DNA of 64,000 nt from Phoronis australis (Eukaryota; Animalia; Phoronida): positions 276,866-340,865 of the forward strand of contig NMRA01000111.1 of NCBI GenBank assembly GCA_002633005.1, in the 5' to 3' direction. Of this stretch, positions 13,515 to 25,692 are shown one piece after another; the stretch's first letter is position 1, and each line of letters opens with the position of its first letter. The position numbers were made by a program, and so were the translations under genes. Under the pieces are notes generated by a model that saw nothing but the letters and a program-made list of their open reading frames with translations, was not told the origin of the DNA and searched no databases.

Positions 13515-14727
13515 AATCACAGTTTCACAGAAACGGACATGATTTTGAGGATGGAGTGTCAACGAACAATGAAAAGGTTCACATAAGTATTTAAGAGGCC
13601 TGGATATGGCTTGTAATGTGTTGCAAAATTTCAATGTTTTCAATATTTATGTTTGATGAGATTATATGTATTTAATGTTGATTACTTTTGTATTCAGTGT
13701 TTTTAAAAATTGTGTTTGATGTCATTATACGTATTCAATCTGTTTTATAACTGTGTTCTATAATGTCATGTTTTCGTTTGATGTTGTTTTCGGTTATATT
13801 CGATAACAAAACTCTGGGTAAATTTAAACGACAGCTGGGATTGGCCTGCAATAAATATATGTTCGACTATTTTTATAAAAGAACGAAAATGATAACACGA
13901 GCAGTTAATGTCATCAAATTCATTGGCGCGGTTGGTACAGTCTGTATAAGTACGACTACGTTACCAACTCCATTGCTTAAATTTAAAGAAATCTCATTTT
14001 GACATGGCAGAATTCTCCAGTGTGAGACAGTCTCAGTAAATTTGGGACACGAAACTAATCGGAAAATGAATTTTCTTGATTCTGACATTTGGGATATGAG
14101 GCAAGGATGAGGGCTGTGACGTTGCCAAGGGAGGATGTATTAAGTCCATGACCCCTTGTTCATTATAATCAAGTCTTCCTGCATGTCAGTTTCACTCTTC
14201 AGTGTGCTTCAAGAAAAGGTCCGTCCCCTGGAAGGTACATGTACTTTAATATTTTTGGAACGGGCGGCGACTCCCGAAAATTAGGATTCCTGGCATTCAG
14301 AGAGTGGACTCGAACAAAAAAGAACCCACATGGCGAGTAGCTTCGTCCGAAAAGTTACAGTTCCTCACGAAACCGCTCGTCAATGGACTCAAGGGCGTAT
14401 AAATAAGCATTTATCTGTCGCATAATATCATTCACCACCTCTGAATCTCCTGAAGTGAGTGCGTGTCCACGAGTATGGATGAAATTGACTAAACTGTGAA
14501 AATAAGGAAGCAGGGGTTCTGGTTCAGTAGCCGCCACATTGATGTATTTGAGAACCAACCACGGCCGTCACCAAATATAATTTTTGAATTTTGCACCACA
14601 CAACACGCCATACCTGGATTCCTGGAAATCACTCGGTCAAATTTAATTGGAACCACATATCCGGGTCTCGAAGTCTGGGGGTCAAATTATTGGAAACTAC
14701 GTGCGGCAACTGAATCACGACGTCACT

Positions 14728-14968
14728 TAAAAAAAAAAAATTGAAGACGGTCTGGTAAACGTTGTACCAGACTTGCGCAGGCCGTTCAGATGGTCTCATT
14801 GCACTGATCAACTGGAACCATTCTTATGCTTTGTTGATATATAGTTAAAACCGAATTGAGGAGCCAAAGACCTGATTCTATGTTCTAGAAGTGTGCCCCA
14901 GTGGAACTCTAACCCGTGACCTTGCGTAAAGGAAGCGGACACTTGTCTCAATAGACCGCACTGCCCGC
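14728..14968 (-). mobile_element. tRNA-derived SINE (diverged copy, same family)
   Basis: Reverse complement aligns by eye along its length with 39451-39691; ends about 75 bp upstream of the deaminase ATG. Confidence 0.65.
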
Positions 14969-15042
14969 TATCATCACTTAAAACCCATAAGTTTCACGCG
15001 ACTTTTTGTATTTGCGCTCAGTATTAGAAAGTCTATAGAGTC

Positions 15043-18000
15043 ATGCTCCTGCAAAAGTTTTTACTTTTCGCTCTTGCTCTCTCGATCGTTTACGCGGGAG
15101 TGGACAACATACCGGAGCAAGAGGCGCAGTACATGTTGCACGTTGGTCAGGAATTTGCGGATCTCTTCACCAACCGAAACCTTCCACAATTTGCCGTACT
15201 TACGGTGAACAGGGCTGGTCTAGACAACGCCTTTGATCCCTGCCGTCTAAGTGTTTCCGACGTTCCGCTAACAGCTCACCAAAACTACGTTGCCAAAAAG
15301 CGCATCACCGCAAGCGAGCCAGGTGGACCAAGGCATTCTGAGAGGCAGGTGCTCGATCTACTGCAAGATTTAATCACAAGGAACTCTCCAGTGCAGTAAG
15401 TGGCATTGAAATAGTGTTAATAACTAAGATCAGTCGTCCTCGGGCAGGTTTGATGTGACGACCAGAAGTATTCAGAGATTGGAGTTTCCAGTTCCATGTG
15501 AATTTTCGAAAAAAATCCAGAAAATGAATCTACATACAGTGGTGTGAGAAGTGTTTCTGATCTCCAGCTTGTCTTGCAATGAAATTTGCCTCTCTGTTGT
15601 GGAGAGATTAGCTCAAAATCGGCAAGAAACTTTGTTTTGTCCATTTTCTCATCCGGGATAATCTTAGGAATACTTTCGAAGTTGGAAAAACAGTTGGAAT
15701 TCAATATACAGAATTATTCATTTTTCGCCAGTAAATAAATGCTTTTTTAAAAGCATTTATTTTAAAAAATTGTCTTCAATATGCTGTTTCGTTTTTGTGC
15801 CTCACTCGTGAACACAACAGTGATTTGTTTCATGATTGAATTTTTTGCAATTGTTATTTTGGCTATAGGTATGTGAAAAAGGAACACAATCACTTATAAG
15901 CTTACTGTGTCACATTTACGTCAAACACAAATGAGGGAATAGTGCATGTGTTATTTACCGTCCTATAACAGGGTTCAATAACTACGTGCGTTGTCCTCTC
16001 GGCTCTTATTTCATTGTTATGTAGGAATGGATGCCGCACACACACGCACGCATATATTTATATATATTGGCAAAACATCTGAAGATCAATAAAAAACACT
16101 TGCCATGCTAGCCTGTGGACACTCATTGAGTCGCCGGGTGAGTGGATGCGTGACCGTAATGAGCTATTTTCCGGAAGATTCGGGGCCGTGTAAGGGTGCA
16201 CATGTGTTCACTATTAGTGGGTCATTTTGACTTTAAAAACACCAATTATGATCAGCTAAATAATTTCTCTTAAAAATAATGCAAAAGTTTTTTACGGTAT
16301 TAGAAACATTCGGAAATTAGTGCCTATATTTATTTCTTGCCGATGCTATGTTACCCATTTCACGAATGAGATAGTTCCCGACTAAATGTCTTCGATGACA
16401 GCCGGTACATTATGTAGCGCGCGCTTCTTGACCGCGTGCTAACACTGGTCGAGTTTTTTTATTAGTCCTCGATTCACGGTTTTCACGTGCACAAAGACGT
16501 TTGGATTCCTGTTGAGGCCGGAGAAGATCTGTACCAGAAAGAAACAATGCAATCCCCATGACAAGTACGCTGCGTCTGTTTTCAAAGTCCAGACCCGCGT
16601 GGGGCACATCCCTCGCAGGAGCAGCAAAACTTTTGCGTTCTTATTGAATCGCGGCGTAAGTTTGAAGTGTATACGGACATAACGGTGAGGCTCGTGGCCT
16701 ACAAATTCAGGACTGTCGGATCTTTCAATTGAAAAATTGGAGACGTTAGAACTGTAGGTAAGGCATTTTTCGCATGCAGTTTATGGGCTGGGCGCTTAGT
16801 TAAGCGAAGTCTGAAAACGTGTTGGGGCACTTATTGGGGCATGGACGCTTATTAGGGCGAATAGCGGCAGAATTTCATACAGCAGTGTAGTTTAATGCAC
16901 ACAAATCACACGTCGTGGAAACCAATCGGCCTTTCCACATACCCTAATCAATCCCAATAGCCTTTGCGCACCACAATTTCCGGACATGCGCAATCGTTAA
17001 ATCGATTCGGTTGCAACTCCGCTATTACGCCGACCGGTCCATCAGTGCATATTGTTGTGGTTCTGTGTGTACAAGACAGCTGTGACACCGGTTTCTGAGA
17101 TTTGTTCTGCAATTATAAATGAAAAGTTTAGCTCCTACTAACAGATGCGTTTACGTAACTTTCGAAAAACTACTCGTAATCAACGCGAAGTTTTATTTAA
17201 TCAAAAAGCACTGTTGCTTATTCAACGTGTACTTTTATTCAGCTCATATAGCCTAAGCTATTTTTATATTTCTGAAATACTATGAGATTATGTTCACTGA
17301 TATTTTATTTCATGATTACATTTCATCAATTGGGAAGACTTGAAATCTCCGCCGCCAGAGCAATGTGTAATGTTGCTGAATTGCCAAGTTTCACAAATGC
17401 TCAGACTAGGGTTTAGCAATAGAGACTCAAGAGATTCAGGAAGGAAGCTAGAGTGATCACGTGCTTCGCTTGTAATACACAGAGATATATCTCGCGAAGC
17501 CTCGCGTGATCTTGCGTTTTCGCTTTCCTTCTCATGCCTTGTTATTATTTTTCCTGTCGATCAAAATATGTCCGACCTTTTTCTGATATAAATCCATTCT
17601 GAAACAACCTGAAGGTTCTACGCAATAAACTTCAACACCAATTCTTGCATTGACCACAGTATTTCGCAATTTTCTCAAACTTTATTCATGTTATTTACTG
17701 CTTTGTTACGTAACAATGTAATGGTCTGTTTGCAGTTCGGTACATATATACTCGGTCAACTCCCCGTGTCGCGGTTGTGCTTTGAAGATATCTCGTGTAG
17801 CCAGAGCCAAGCCGACAGTGCAGTTCTATGTGGGCTACGCGCAGATGTTCATACCCCGCGACAATCCAGTCAGTGTGGGTCAAGAGATCTTACAGTTCAC
17901 CAGAGAACAGTTCAGGAATGTTAGGAATATTCATTTCGCACAACTAGATCCCAGTTGTCTGCAGTCATCCAGGTTGGGAAGCAGGGTGTGGAACCTATTC

Positions 18001-18183
18001 TCCCGCATTTTTCAGACCAGGGGCTCTTGTAGTCTTACCAACTTACGGCGGACAGACGGCACCTGTGTACTCCCGGCAGGTGACGTACCATACATTTCTA
18101 CATTTAATTGTGTCTGTTGTCGCGATGTTATCAGCGGTTTACACATTGGCCGGTGGAGGCATAGGTATTGGAGTAGGGATTGA
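15043..18183 (+). CDS. Secreted AID/APOBEC-like cytidine deaminase (SNAD-like), 2 coding exons, 266 aa in the simplest model
   Basis: Exon 15043-15395 (CA|gtaagt) joins exon 17736-18183 (tttgcag|T) in phase 2. Product: signal MLLQKFLLFALALSIVYA, then QFAVL, NYVAKK, H98-S-E100 (15334-15342) and IYSVNSPC129-R-G-C132 (PCRGC at 17764-17778), i.e. HxE-x27-PCxxC, followed by the strand FYVGY. The C-terminus is uncertain because of an alternative donor after 18079. Confidence 0.88.
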
Positions 18184-18863
18184 GGCATTAGAGAGAGCAA
18201 AGACACAGAAGCAATATATGGGAACATTTGGCAACTACCAGTGGTGCATTAGCCTGTTGGAGGGCCCTGACCAGGACATTTCTTGTTAGATAGTATAAAC
18301 GCAGTTAAAAACACCCTGTTAGGGTATGCGACAAATTCGAAAATGTCGGAGAAAACTTTTGACGTACAGATTCTCCGGGGCTAATTGATTAAGTTTTTCA
18401 AATTCGTGAAGCAGTCTTTAGGGAATGCAAAATTAGTTCTCCAGGTACCCTTCTCCAGCAAGGAAACCTTTTCGATGAGATCCTCCCTTGGAGGGGCGGC
18501 CCGGGGCAATTGTCCCTATGATTCCGGCACTGTCAAATCTCTACGAGTTTAAGAGTTAAGAGTTAAGACAAAATTTCAAATTGGTCGATAAAAACAGAAC
18601 ATGCCCATATGAAGCACTGTATTATCAAGACATGCGATCGTTGTGAGGCTGCATTGTACGGCGGAGTAGAAGGGCCAACTAAAAAATAAAAAGTCGTCGA
18701 CTATCACGATATGAAGCCATTATGACAAGATGGAATTTCATTATAACAACTTAGCTGTCTTTGTCATTCTAGGTTTTGCGTAATTTCCATGCTTTCATAA
18801 CTGTTTGCAAACTTACGTTTACAAATTCATTGCTTACTAAGACAATTCTGTTCCCATTTCTGC

Positions 18864-18869
18864 AATAAA
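18864..18869 (+). terminator. Candidate polyadenylation signal of the deaminase mRNA
   Basis: AATAAA about 680 bp downstream of the TGA ending at 18183. Confidence 0.3.
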
Positions 18870-19818
18870 ACTTTGTCGGAATGACAAATGACAAATCAAC
18901 TCGCTTGCCTAGTATGTTTGAAGATAAGTATTTTTCACGGAAATTCAGCTGAAAAAGTTATTTTTAACCTTTTGCAGTTTTAATAACACATTTTAAGTCT
19001 AAGTTTTCTTAGCCATCTTGTCAGTCAGATAAATTTCCATTATTTTCGGACCATATGTAAAATCAGCATTGTTATGCTGACAAAGGCTTTATCCTGAATC
19101 TTACAGTGCTACTAAGGTTGACAAATCAAAACGAGACTTCTGCGTATTTAATCATTTTATAGGATAATGTCTGTCAGCCCCAGCTCAATTTCAAATAAAT
19201 CAAAGCTTAAAAATACTCTAGTGGACCAACGTAAAAAATGGCGTAGCTGGAGTTTGGGTTGGAAACTACAGCAACGTTGACATAGTTACGACCAGGAAGC
19301 AGCAGTCGAGTTGGCGTAGCATATGAGATGGGATAGGAGTTAGGTGAAGGCGGGGGGTGACAAAGTAACACTAATCTTCTGACACGGGTGACAGTAATCC
19401 TAGCTACTGAGGTAATAATTTGTACCTTACGCCGGTTTTCTTTACTTCAATATATTGAAAATGTTCTAGCTAACCTGATTTCAGCTGAGGGTATCTAGTG
19501 AAACAAGACGAATGCTATCTGGGTTAATAATGACAGACAAACCAGGGTATCTCGACAACAAATTTCCTTAACACAAGTTTTTTCCAACACGACGTTGCAT
19601 TTATTCTTATCCTTCTCAATAGATAAATGCTCTAATCGGCGGCTTGATGATCTTGCTTCAGCTGTCATTTGACGTAAAAAATGACCCAGACTCATGGCAG
19701 TGAGGGAAACACAGAAAGTGTTTATATTCAAATCACGTAACGTGAAAGTATACAGCACAATTGTCCGGCACTTCGTATGTCATGAGACATCTTCATGGAA
19801 GACCCATAGGGGGGTGAC

Positions 19819-19969
19819 CAGAGGCGGATCCAGGATTTTGAGTTGGGGAGGGTGGCAGGGCAGAGTATTAGCCAGGATTTTCCCCGTCAGACATTCGCAC
19901 CCCCGAACTGCGAAATGGAGCCTGGGAAAATTTTAGGGGGAGCCATGGCCCCCTTTAAATCCGCCACTG
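19819..19969. mobile_element. Short MITE with CAG(T/A)GGCGGAT termini
   Basis: TIRs CAGAGGCGGAT / ATCCGCCACTG; flanks GTGAC/GTGAT. Related copies or ends at about 40-138, 12750-12787, 22568-22594 and 44697-44830. Confidence 0.7.
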
Positions 19970-19993
19970 GTGATCGCAACAAAAACATCATAA

Positions 19994-20055
19994 TCTTTGT
20001 GTGCGAGATAGAGCCTTAACTATATTATACTAAGGCTCTATCTCGCACACAAAGA
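19994..20055. repeat. Perfect 25-bp-stem hairpin with 12-nt loop
   Basis: TCTTTGTGTGCGAGATAGAGCCTTA - ACTATATTATAC - TAAGGCTCTATCTCGCACACAAAGA. Confidence 0.9.
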
Positions 20056-20271
20056 CAACTACATCAGACCAGTAGCCTAACCCTCAACTGAACATGTGCA
20101 AAACGCGGGAAAGTCCAGCTAGGCAGAGTAATATTCACGGCCAACTTCCACTCATACCGCGCGAGATCAAGGCTGGCATTCTAGTTTCTATCAACATAAA
20201 CCCAGTTTGTGCTCTGTGAACGCTTAAATCACAGTAAATGTCACTGTTTTGTTGAGATGAATCAAGTGGTC

Positions 20272-22566
20272 ATAACCCATAAAGTTATCTCACTAGTGAG
20301 ATAACAATTTGGCGGGAAACCGAGGCCTCAAACTTTCGAGTTGCCGACTTTACCACTACACCACTCAGCGGCTGACGTCAACGAATGTGAAAATAGAATA
20401 AATGAGCACACGCAACAATCGCATGTTCAGCAAAGGGCATTGCACCGACATTTATACGCTATGAAAAATAATACGCATAATTTCCATAAAAACGATATTT
20501 TAATTCAGTAAATTTTTTCTTTCGTGTTCTCTCACTTGTAAATCACCGATCTCCAATTTGAATACGGGTATCGTGTCGTCGGGATCCTTGACTTGAGCAT
20601 TATAGTCAGTTACTAGTGGTAACATACTTTAGCAGACGATATTTTCCAGGTCGAAGCTTAGCGTGATAAAATGTGTAGTAAGCTATAATAGTTGCTAAAC
20701 CTTAGTTTATAGATTCACTTTATTTATATTTTGTTCAAATTTTCAATTGGTTCTGAGTAAAAGCATTATTTGACAAAAATAGCTCGGCTTTTCTTAAAAG
20801 GTCACGAACTCCGACCCCGGGCCTCTGATAGAGAAAGTAGTTACAAAGCCGAGGCGAGTCGAGAAAGGTAGATCGATTCATTGCAATGTTTCTCGTTCAG
20901 TATGTGGTATATATACATATACATATACATATATATATATATGTATGTATGTATATATTATACTATTAGTTTTGTACATTATTACGTTATCTTACAATAA
21001 ATATCTCAACCACATTCTATTTTTCTAACTGAGCTAGAACCATCGCATCAGCAAAATATTGTCCTGGATAAATGAAATTTAATTTCAATTAAATGAATTA
21101 ATCAGGAAATATTTTTCTCCATCCATCATTCTACAGTTGTTTGATTTCGTGTATATCGTCACTGATCAATTTGTTCACAAATGTCTTTTACGTAATAATT
21201 ATTTGTTCCATTTGAAAGGTTCACTGAACTTCATTACCTTGTCAGACGATCAAGTCGTGTTTCTGGTCAGTCTTCAAAACTTGTTTTCCCGCCTCCTACC
21301 CTCCCGTTTCGTAGTATTTTATACTGGTAAAGTTTTATTCCGTCTTTCCATAGAGTCTCCATTTCGTGCATGTTTTTAGCCTTTTTGTCGGCCATCATTG
21401 TCATGTGAGAAAAACTATGTTCATATACCTATTATAGAATTGTAGAATTCTAGTTTATTTACAACAAACAGCTCAACCACTTTCTATATTCCGAACTCAC
21501 CAATCTTAGCTCGAACCACCGTATCAGCAAAATATTGTCCTAGATAAAATCCGTGTTTTGAGATTGAAGGAGCTCCCTTTTCGAAGTTGCACTTATGCAA
21601 ATGACTCAGGTTATCCGGTGTCATGACCTCAACAAAGACACTAATCATTCGTGTATGCATTTTTTATTTGTTCGTGGGAAATATTCTGAGGAATGACGAT
21701 TAATTATTGCTTGTTTGTCGAATATTGTTCTCAGCTTCGTTTTCACCGTTTTTCGTAAATCAATTTTTCTCCCAGACCTAAGGCGAAATGGAGTTCGTAA
21801 AAAAACGTCACGATATTCGTTGTTGGATACCTTCTTTCTACATTTCTCGTATTTTCTAAAAATAAGGCATATTTGTCTACATACAACTTTGCCGATATTT
21901 GGATCATTTGCTCACAAAACTCGGTATTTTTTTTGTATCACAACTTCTCAACATACAAAATGGAAATATGGTTCAAACTTGTCGACTTAATGATTTTACT
22001 GATCTAAGAAATCATGAGATTTCACTATGGTCCTATTATAGGGGTTTTGAATAACAATGTTTTGATTTTGTTTAGCTTCTGTAGAACTTGATCGTAAGCT
22101 ATTAATCTCAGAGATGTACCAGAATAATCAAGTATTGCCTAAAACTGGTGAACCTCGGGATAACAGATTCATTAGAATTGGTTATAAAATTCAATATTAG
22201 CTTGCAGAACAAGGAAAAATCTTGTTGAGGACTAAATGTCAGGCGTTTATTATTTACGTCCGGTTTTGGACCTGTCTGGATACATCAAGGTGTAATAAAT
22301 GAATTGTCTTTTGTGAATGAGCTCCGTCAGCAAAGCTGGTATTCCGATGTCAAGTGAACCAAGTCAGATGCACAATTGCACCTTTCAAACTTTTGTTCCA
22401 ACCTCAGCTAAAAGTCTTTAAGTACTATCAGTTTCATGGGAATTTTTCTGCTAAATGTATTTTTAAAAATGAGGATAGTGCAAAATAACAAGTGCACATT
22501 TTGTGGACTGGCAAAAGCTTATAATCACATATGTTTGGAATGTTAGCATATGGCTCCGTTTGGGAC
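20272..22566. repeat. Left arm of a 2295-bp inverted duplication
   Basis: Reverse complement of 26628-28922 (coordinates sum to 49194; identical ORFs on opposite strands in the track). Ends exactly at the N at 22567. Confidence 0.95.
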
Positions 22567-23111
22567 NCCCCCTGGGCCCCCCTAAATCCGCCTATGTGGT
22601 GTAACGTGTCAACTTGCCAACTCTACTATGAGTTAGCCTAATTTCCACTTGTGGGATATCAATGGGAGTTTATTAGGCAAAGGAATTGCCAAGCCTTTGT
22701 CTCCTGCAGCCCCAAATTTCAGATTCGCTTGTCACCATCACTACTTCCCTCCTCTGTCGGCGTCACCAATTTTACGCCGCCATAGGCGTGCGCCTTTTGC
22801 CGTTTTGGACGGCTTAATCCGGTGACGCAGCTACAAGAAACCTGGGTAGGCCTACCTTGGTTTCAATGAAATTTCATTAGAAAGAGAAATTTCAAAAATT
22901 TTCAGTCACTATGTCTATGTCACGAGCATAGTGAAATCGCTTGAGACGAAAAGTTTCAAAGTTTACACTATTTCGATACGTATAAGTTTAAATGGCCACG
23001 TTTTATGGACAAATGGCTCAAATATCGATAGTTCATTTTCTAGTTGTTGACTGTGTTCAGACAACAGTTACCACGAACAGTTTCTGGCGACAAAAATTTT
23101 ACACCACACCC

Positions 23112-23350
23112 CATGCGCGCACCCAGGGGGGAAGGGCCCCCCATTTAGCGAAGTGGGCAAAAAGGTCCGCCTCTGAGAAACAGAAAGTCCGAGAAAATGA
23201 GACAAAAGTCCACTAAACAAGCACAAACGCGCAACTCACGGTGGTGCCCCTTTTCTTTTTTCTTTTTAGTCCGCACGCATTTTTGTTACCAAAAGGTCCA
23301 CATCGTCAGGAATTCGAGCCCCCCATATTGAAGGCTTGGGTGCGCACATG
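23112..23350. mobile_element. MITE with CATGCGCGCAC TIRs and 5-bp TSD (CACCC)
   Basis: TIRs CATGCGCGCACCCA / TGGGTGCGCACATG; CACCC on both sides; second copy at 53282-53500. Confidence 0.8.
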
Positions 23351-23414
23351 CACCCCTCGCTTGAATGTGTCTAGCTACGCTTGGTTCTTTCAGTGCAAAC
23401 CCATGAATTTGTAG

Positions 23415-23657
23415 GTCTGTGCAACCTTCAACCCGTGAGCGACTACCGTGCGACTTGTGGCGACTGCTCTGGGAATGACCTATGGGATATCTACGGCGAT
23501 AGAGTGAGTCTTGAGGAATGCGCAAGCAGATGTTCAAACGATCACAGATGCAACGCGTTCATGTTCTACAACGGACATAGGTGTTATCCCAAAACCATGG
23601 CCTGTCGTCACCCATCACTGACAAACTCTCTGAATGTATTTTACACGCCGATGACCA
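23415..23657 (+). CDS. PAN/apple-like domain exon A (phase 1-1)
   Basis: tttgtag|GT...ACC A|gtaagt, 243 nt: LCNLQPVSDYRATCGDCSGNDLWDIYGDRVSLEECASRCSNDHRCNAFMFYNGHRCYPKTMACRHPSLTNSLNVFYTPMT. The pattern DCxGND..CxxxC..CxAF..CYPK is typical of PAN/apple modules. Confidence 0.85.
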
Positions 23658-23883
23658 GTAAGTACGGTGAAATGATGCAAGACTAAAATTTAAAGGTGAG
23701 CCTATGGCCTACGCCCAGGGTCTAATCTCCGTTCTCGAACACGAACACCGTCGTATTTTCATCGTTTTACTTCTTTAGTATAAATTAACGCAAGACAGTG
23801 TGTGTTAGGGTTTACATGTACGCATACCGGTTTCTGTTCAAACTTCGCACTTGATGACCGTTAGATTTCAGGTGTTGAGACCA

Positions 23884-24036
23884 GGCGTGCGTACAGTAAC
23901 GCTAGGACCTACGCTGAGACCTAGCTAAAATCTAGTCCAAAGTCAAGTGCTCTCATTTAAAATACACGGCAATATCTCACGTAATCTCGCGAAGTCTTGC
24001 CTTATAATGAGATCCTAGCGTTGTTGAACGGGAGGC
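23884..24036. mobile_element. MITE, same family as 10236-10390
   Basis: Colinear similarity to 10236-10390 including the TIRs. Confidence 0.7.
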
Positions 24037-25461
24037 TGATTCGGACTGGTCATCATATCATACACAAAATCTATTCACACCGATTTCTAGTCTATTCATA
24101 TTTGCACGACTTTTCAATCACTCATTGCTGCAACTTTCTTAGAGGAAAGGGCAGCGTATGTAGTATACCGCTCGCTTGTTAGTCAAGCACTCTATATCCA
24201 CGTCATCACGTCACGTTAAGATTCAGTGCCCGTGTATGTTTTCTTGTCTTTTCGGGCCTGTGCAGCTTCCTCCAAAATATAACTATGCAGTGGGTCAGGT
24301 TTGACGACCATTATGTAGTCTAAATGGGGAATGATTGCAGCGAATGGTATTTTGGGGCCTGTTTCAGGAAAAATGACGTAAGACGTACATCAGGAATTTA
24401 ATGTTACGCTCCATACAGCTACTTCAGAAAAATATTTAAATCTCATTTTAGCAAAAGTGCAGTCTGTGAAAATGTATACATAACTGCCTAGTTAGTGAAA
24501 CAATTTATAAAATTACTTCTAGGCTGTAACGTGCTCATAGTTAGTTGGCCAAAACTCCAAATTTCTGCTTAAAGAATTTAATCATTGTCATGAAACGGAC
24601 CACAGTTGTTGTGTGTAGTTGGTTAGAGTAAAAAAGTCCTCATATCTCACCCCTGATTCGTTTCTCCAAATATGCATTACATATGTCTGTGTAGCTACCC
24701 CGAAATAAAAATGGAATGAGCGAGGTTTGATGGAAATTACGTAGACTAAATGGCAAATGATTGCCGCAATTATATTCAGTAGTTGGTTGAAACAGGGAAT
24801 TTTTTTCTATTCTCCGATTTCCCTAGCATTTAGGCATAATTCTTTTCAGTTTTGAACGCTTTCATACATATTTTGTATATTTTTCATATAATGGCATTCA
24901 GGACTAGTCTGTAGCGCTTAGCCAGAGGCAAAGTAGCTGAAAAAGATTTATGGTCAAACGTTCAACCGCCACTCTGTGAGCGCACGGCATGCGGACTTCG
25001 TTGGCAAAGGCAATGGTACATTTTGAAAGGTTGCGGATCCAGGGTCCTTCGTACATAGCCTCAGGGGTTGTTTCAAAATTCCTTGTTGGAACACGGGTAC
25101 CAAAGTATCTGGTGGCTAATCCGGGGGAAAATACAGAATTAACCGAATTTCAGCAGCCTACGTCAGAATTCAACAAACCGCCAATTTCTTAAATGATTAT
25201 TTTAGATTACAAATACCACCTCGTGCACTGTGCAACAGTTCCAGAGTAGTATGACACAGATTTTCCCGACTGTCAGCCTACATCCAAATTCACTGAAGCA
25301 TAAATTCTTATAACCTTCTAATTGTTAAAAATCGTCTATGAAGGTTTTCAGACAAATGAAAATAACTATGGTGTCCCGTCACAAGGCCACACATTATGAA
25401 ACTAAAGGCATACGCAACTCAACTTTTAAATTAATTGCATTTTTACTTTCCCATGTTGCAG

Positions 25462-25692
25462 ACGGTGATGCAGAGCTAAACGACTATGAATCCTTGCCCG
25501 GGGACTGTCCCGGCAACGACATCTGGAGCTTGTACAGAAGATCCACCAGGCTGGAAGACTGTGCTAGTCTCTGTTCCCACAGTTCTCTCTGCAAAGCGTT
25601 CATGTTCTTCGATAACCGCGAGTGCTATCCAAAGTCGCAGAGCTGCCAGTGTCCGTCAAGAACCAACCCCAAAAATGTATTCTACCGCAAAA
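25462..25692 (+). CDS. PAN/apple-like domain exon B (phase 1-1)
   Basis: gttgcag|AC...AAA A|gtaagt, 231 nt: GDAELNDYESLPGDCPGNDIWSLYRRSTRLEDCASLCSHSSLCKAFMFFDNRECYPKSQSCQCPSRTNPKNVFYRK. Confidence 0.85.

Noticed and set aside
14186-14200. ISRE/IRF-like motif AGTTTCACTCTTC upstream of the deaminase
   Set aside because: Imperfect spacing, lies within a decayed coding remnant, and is expected by chance in AT-rich DNA.
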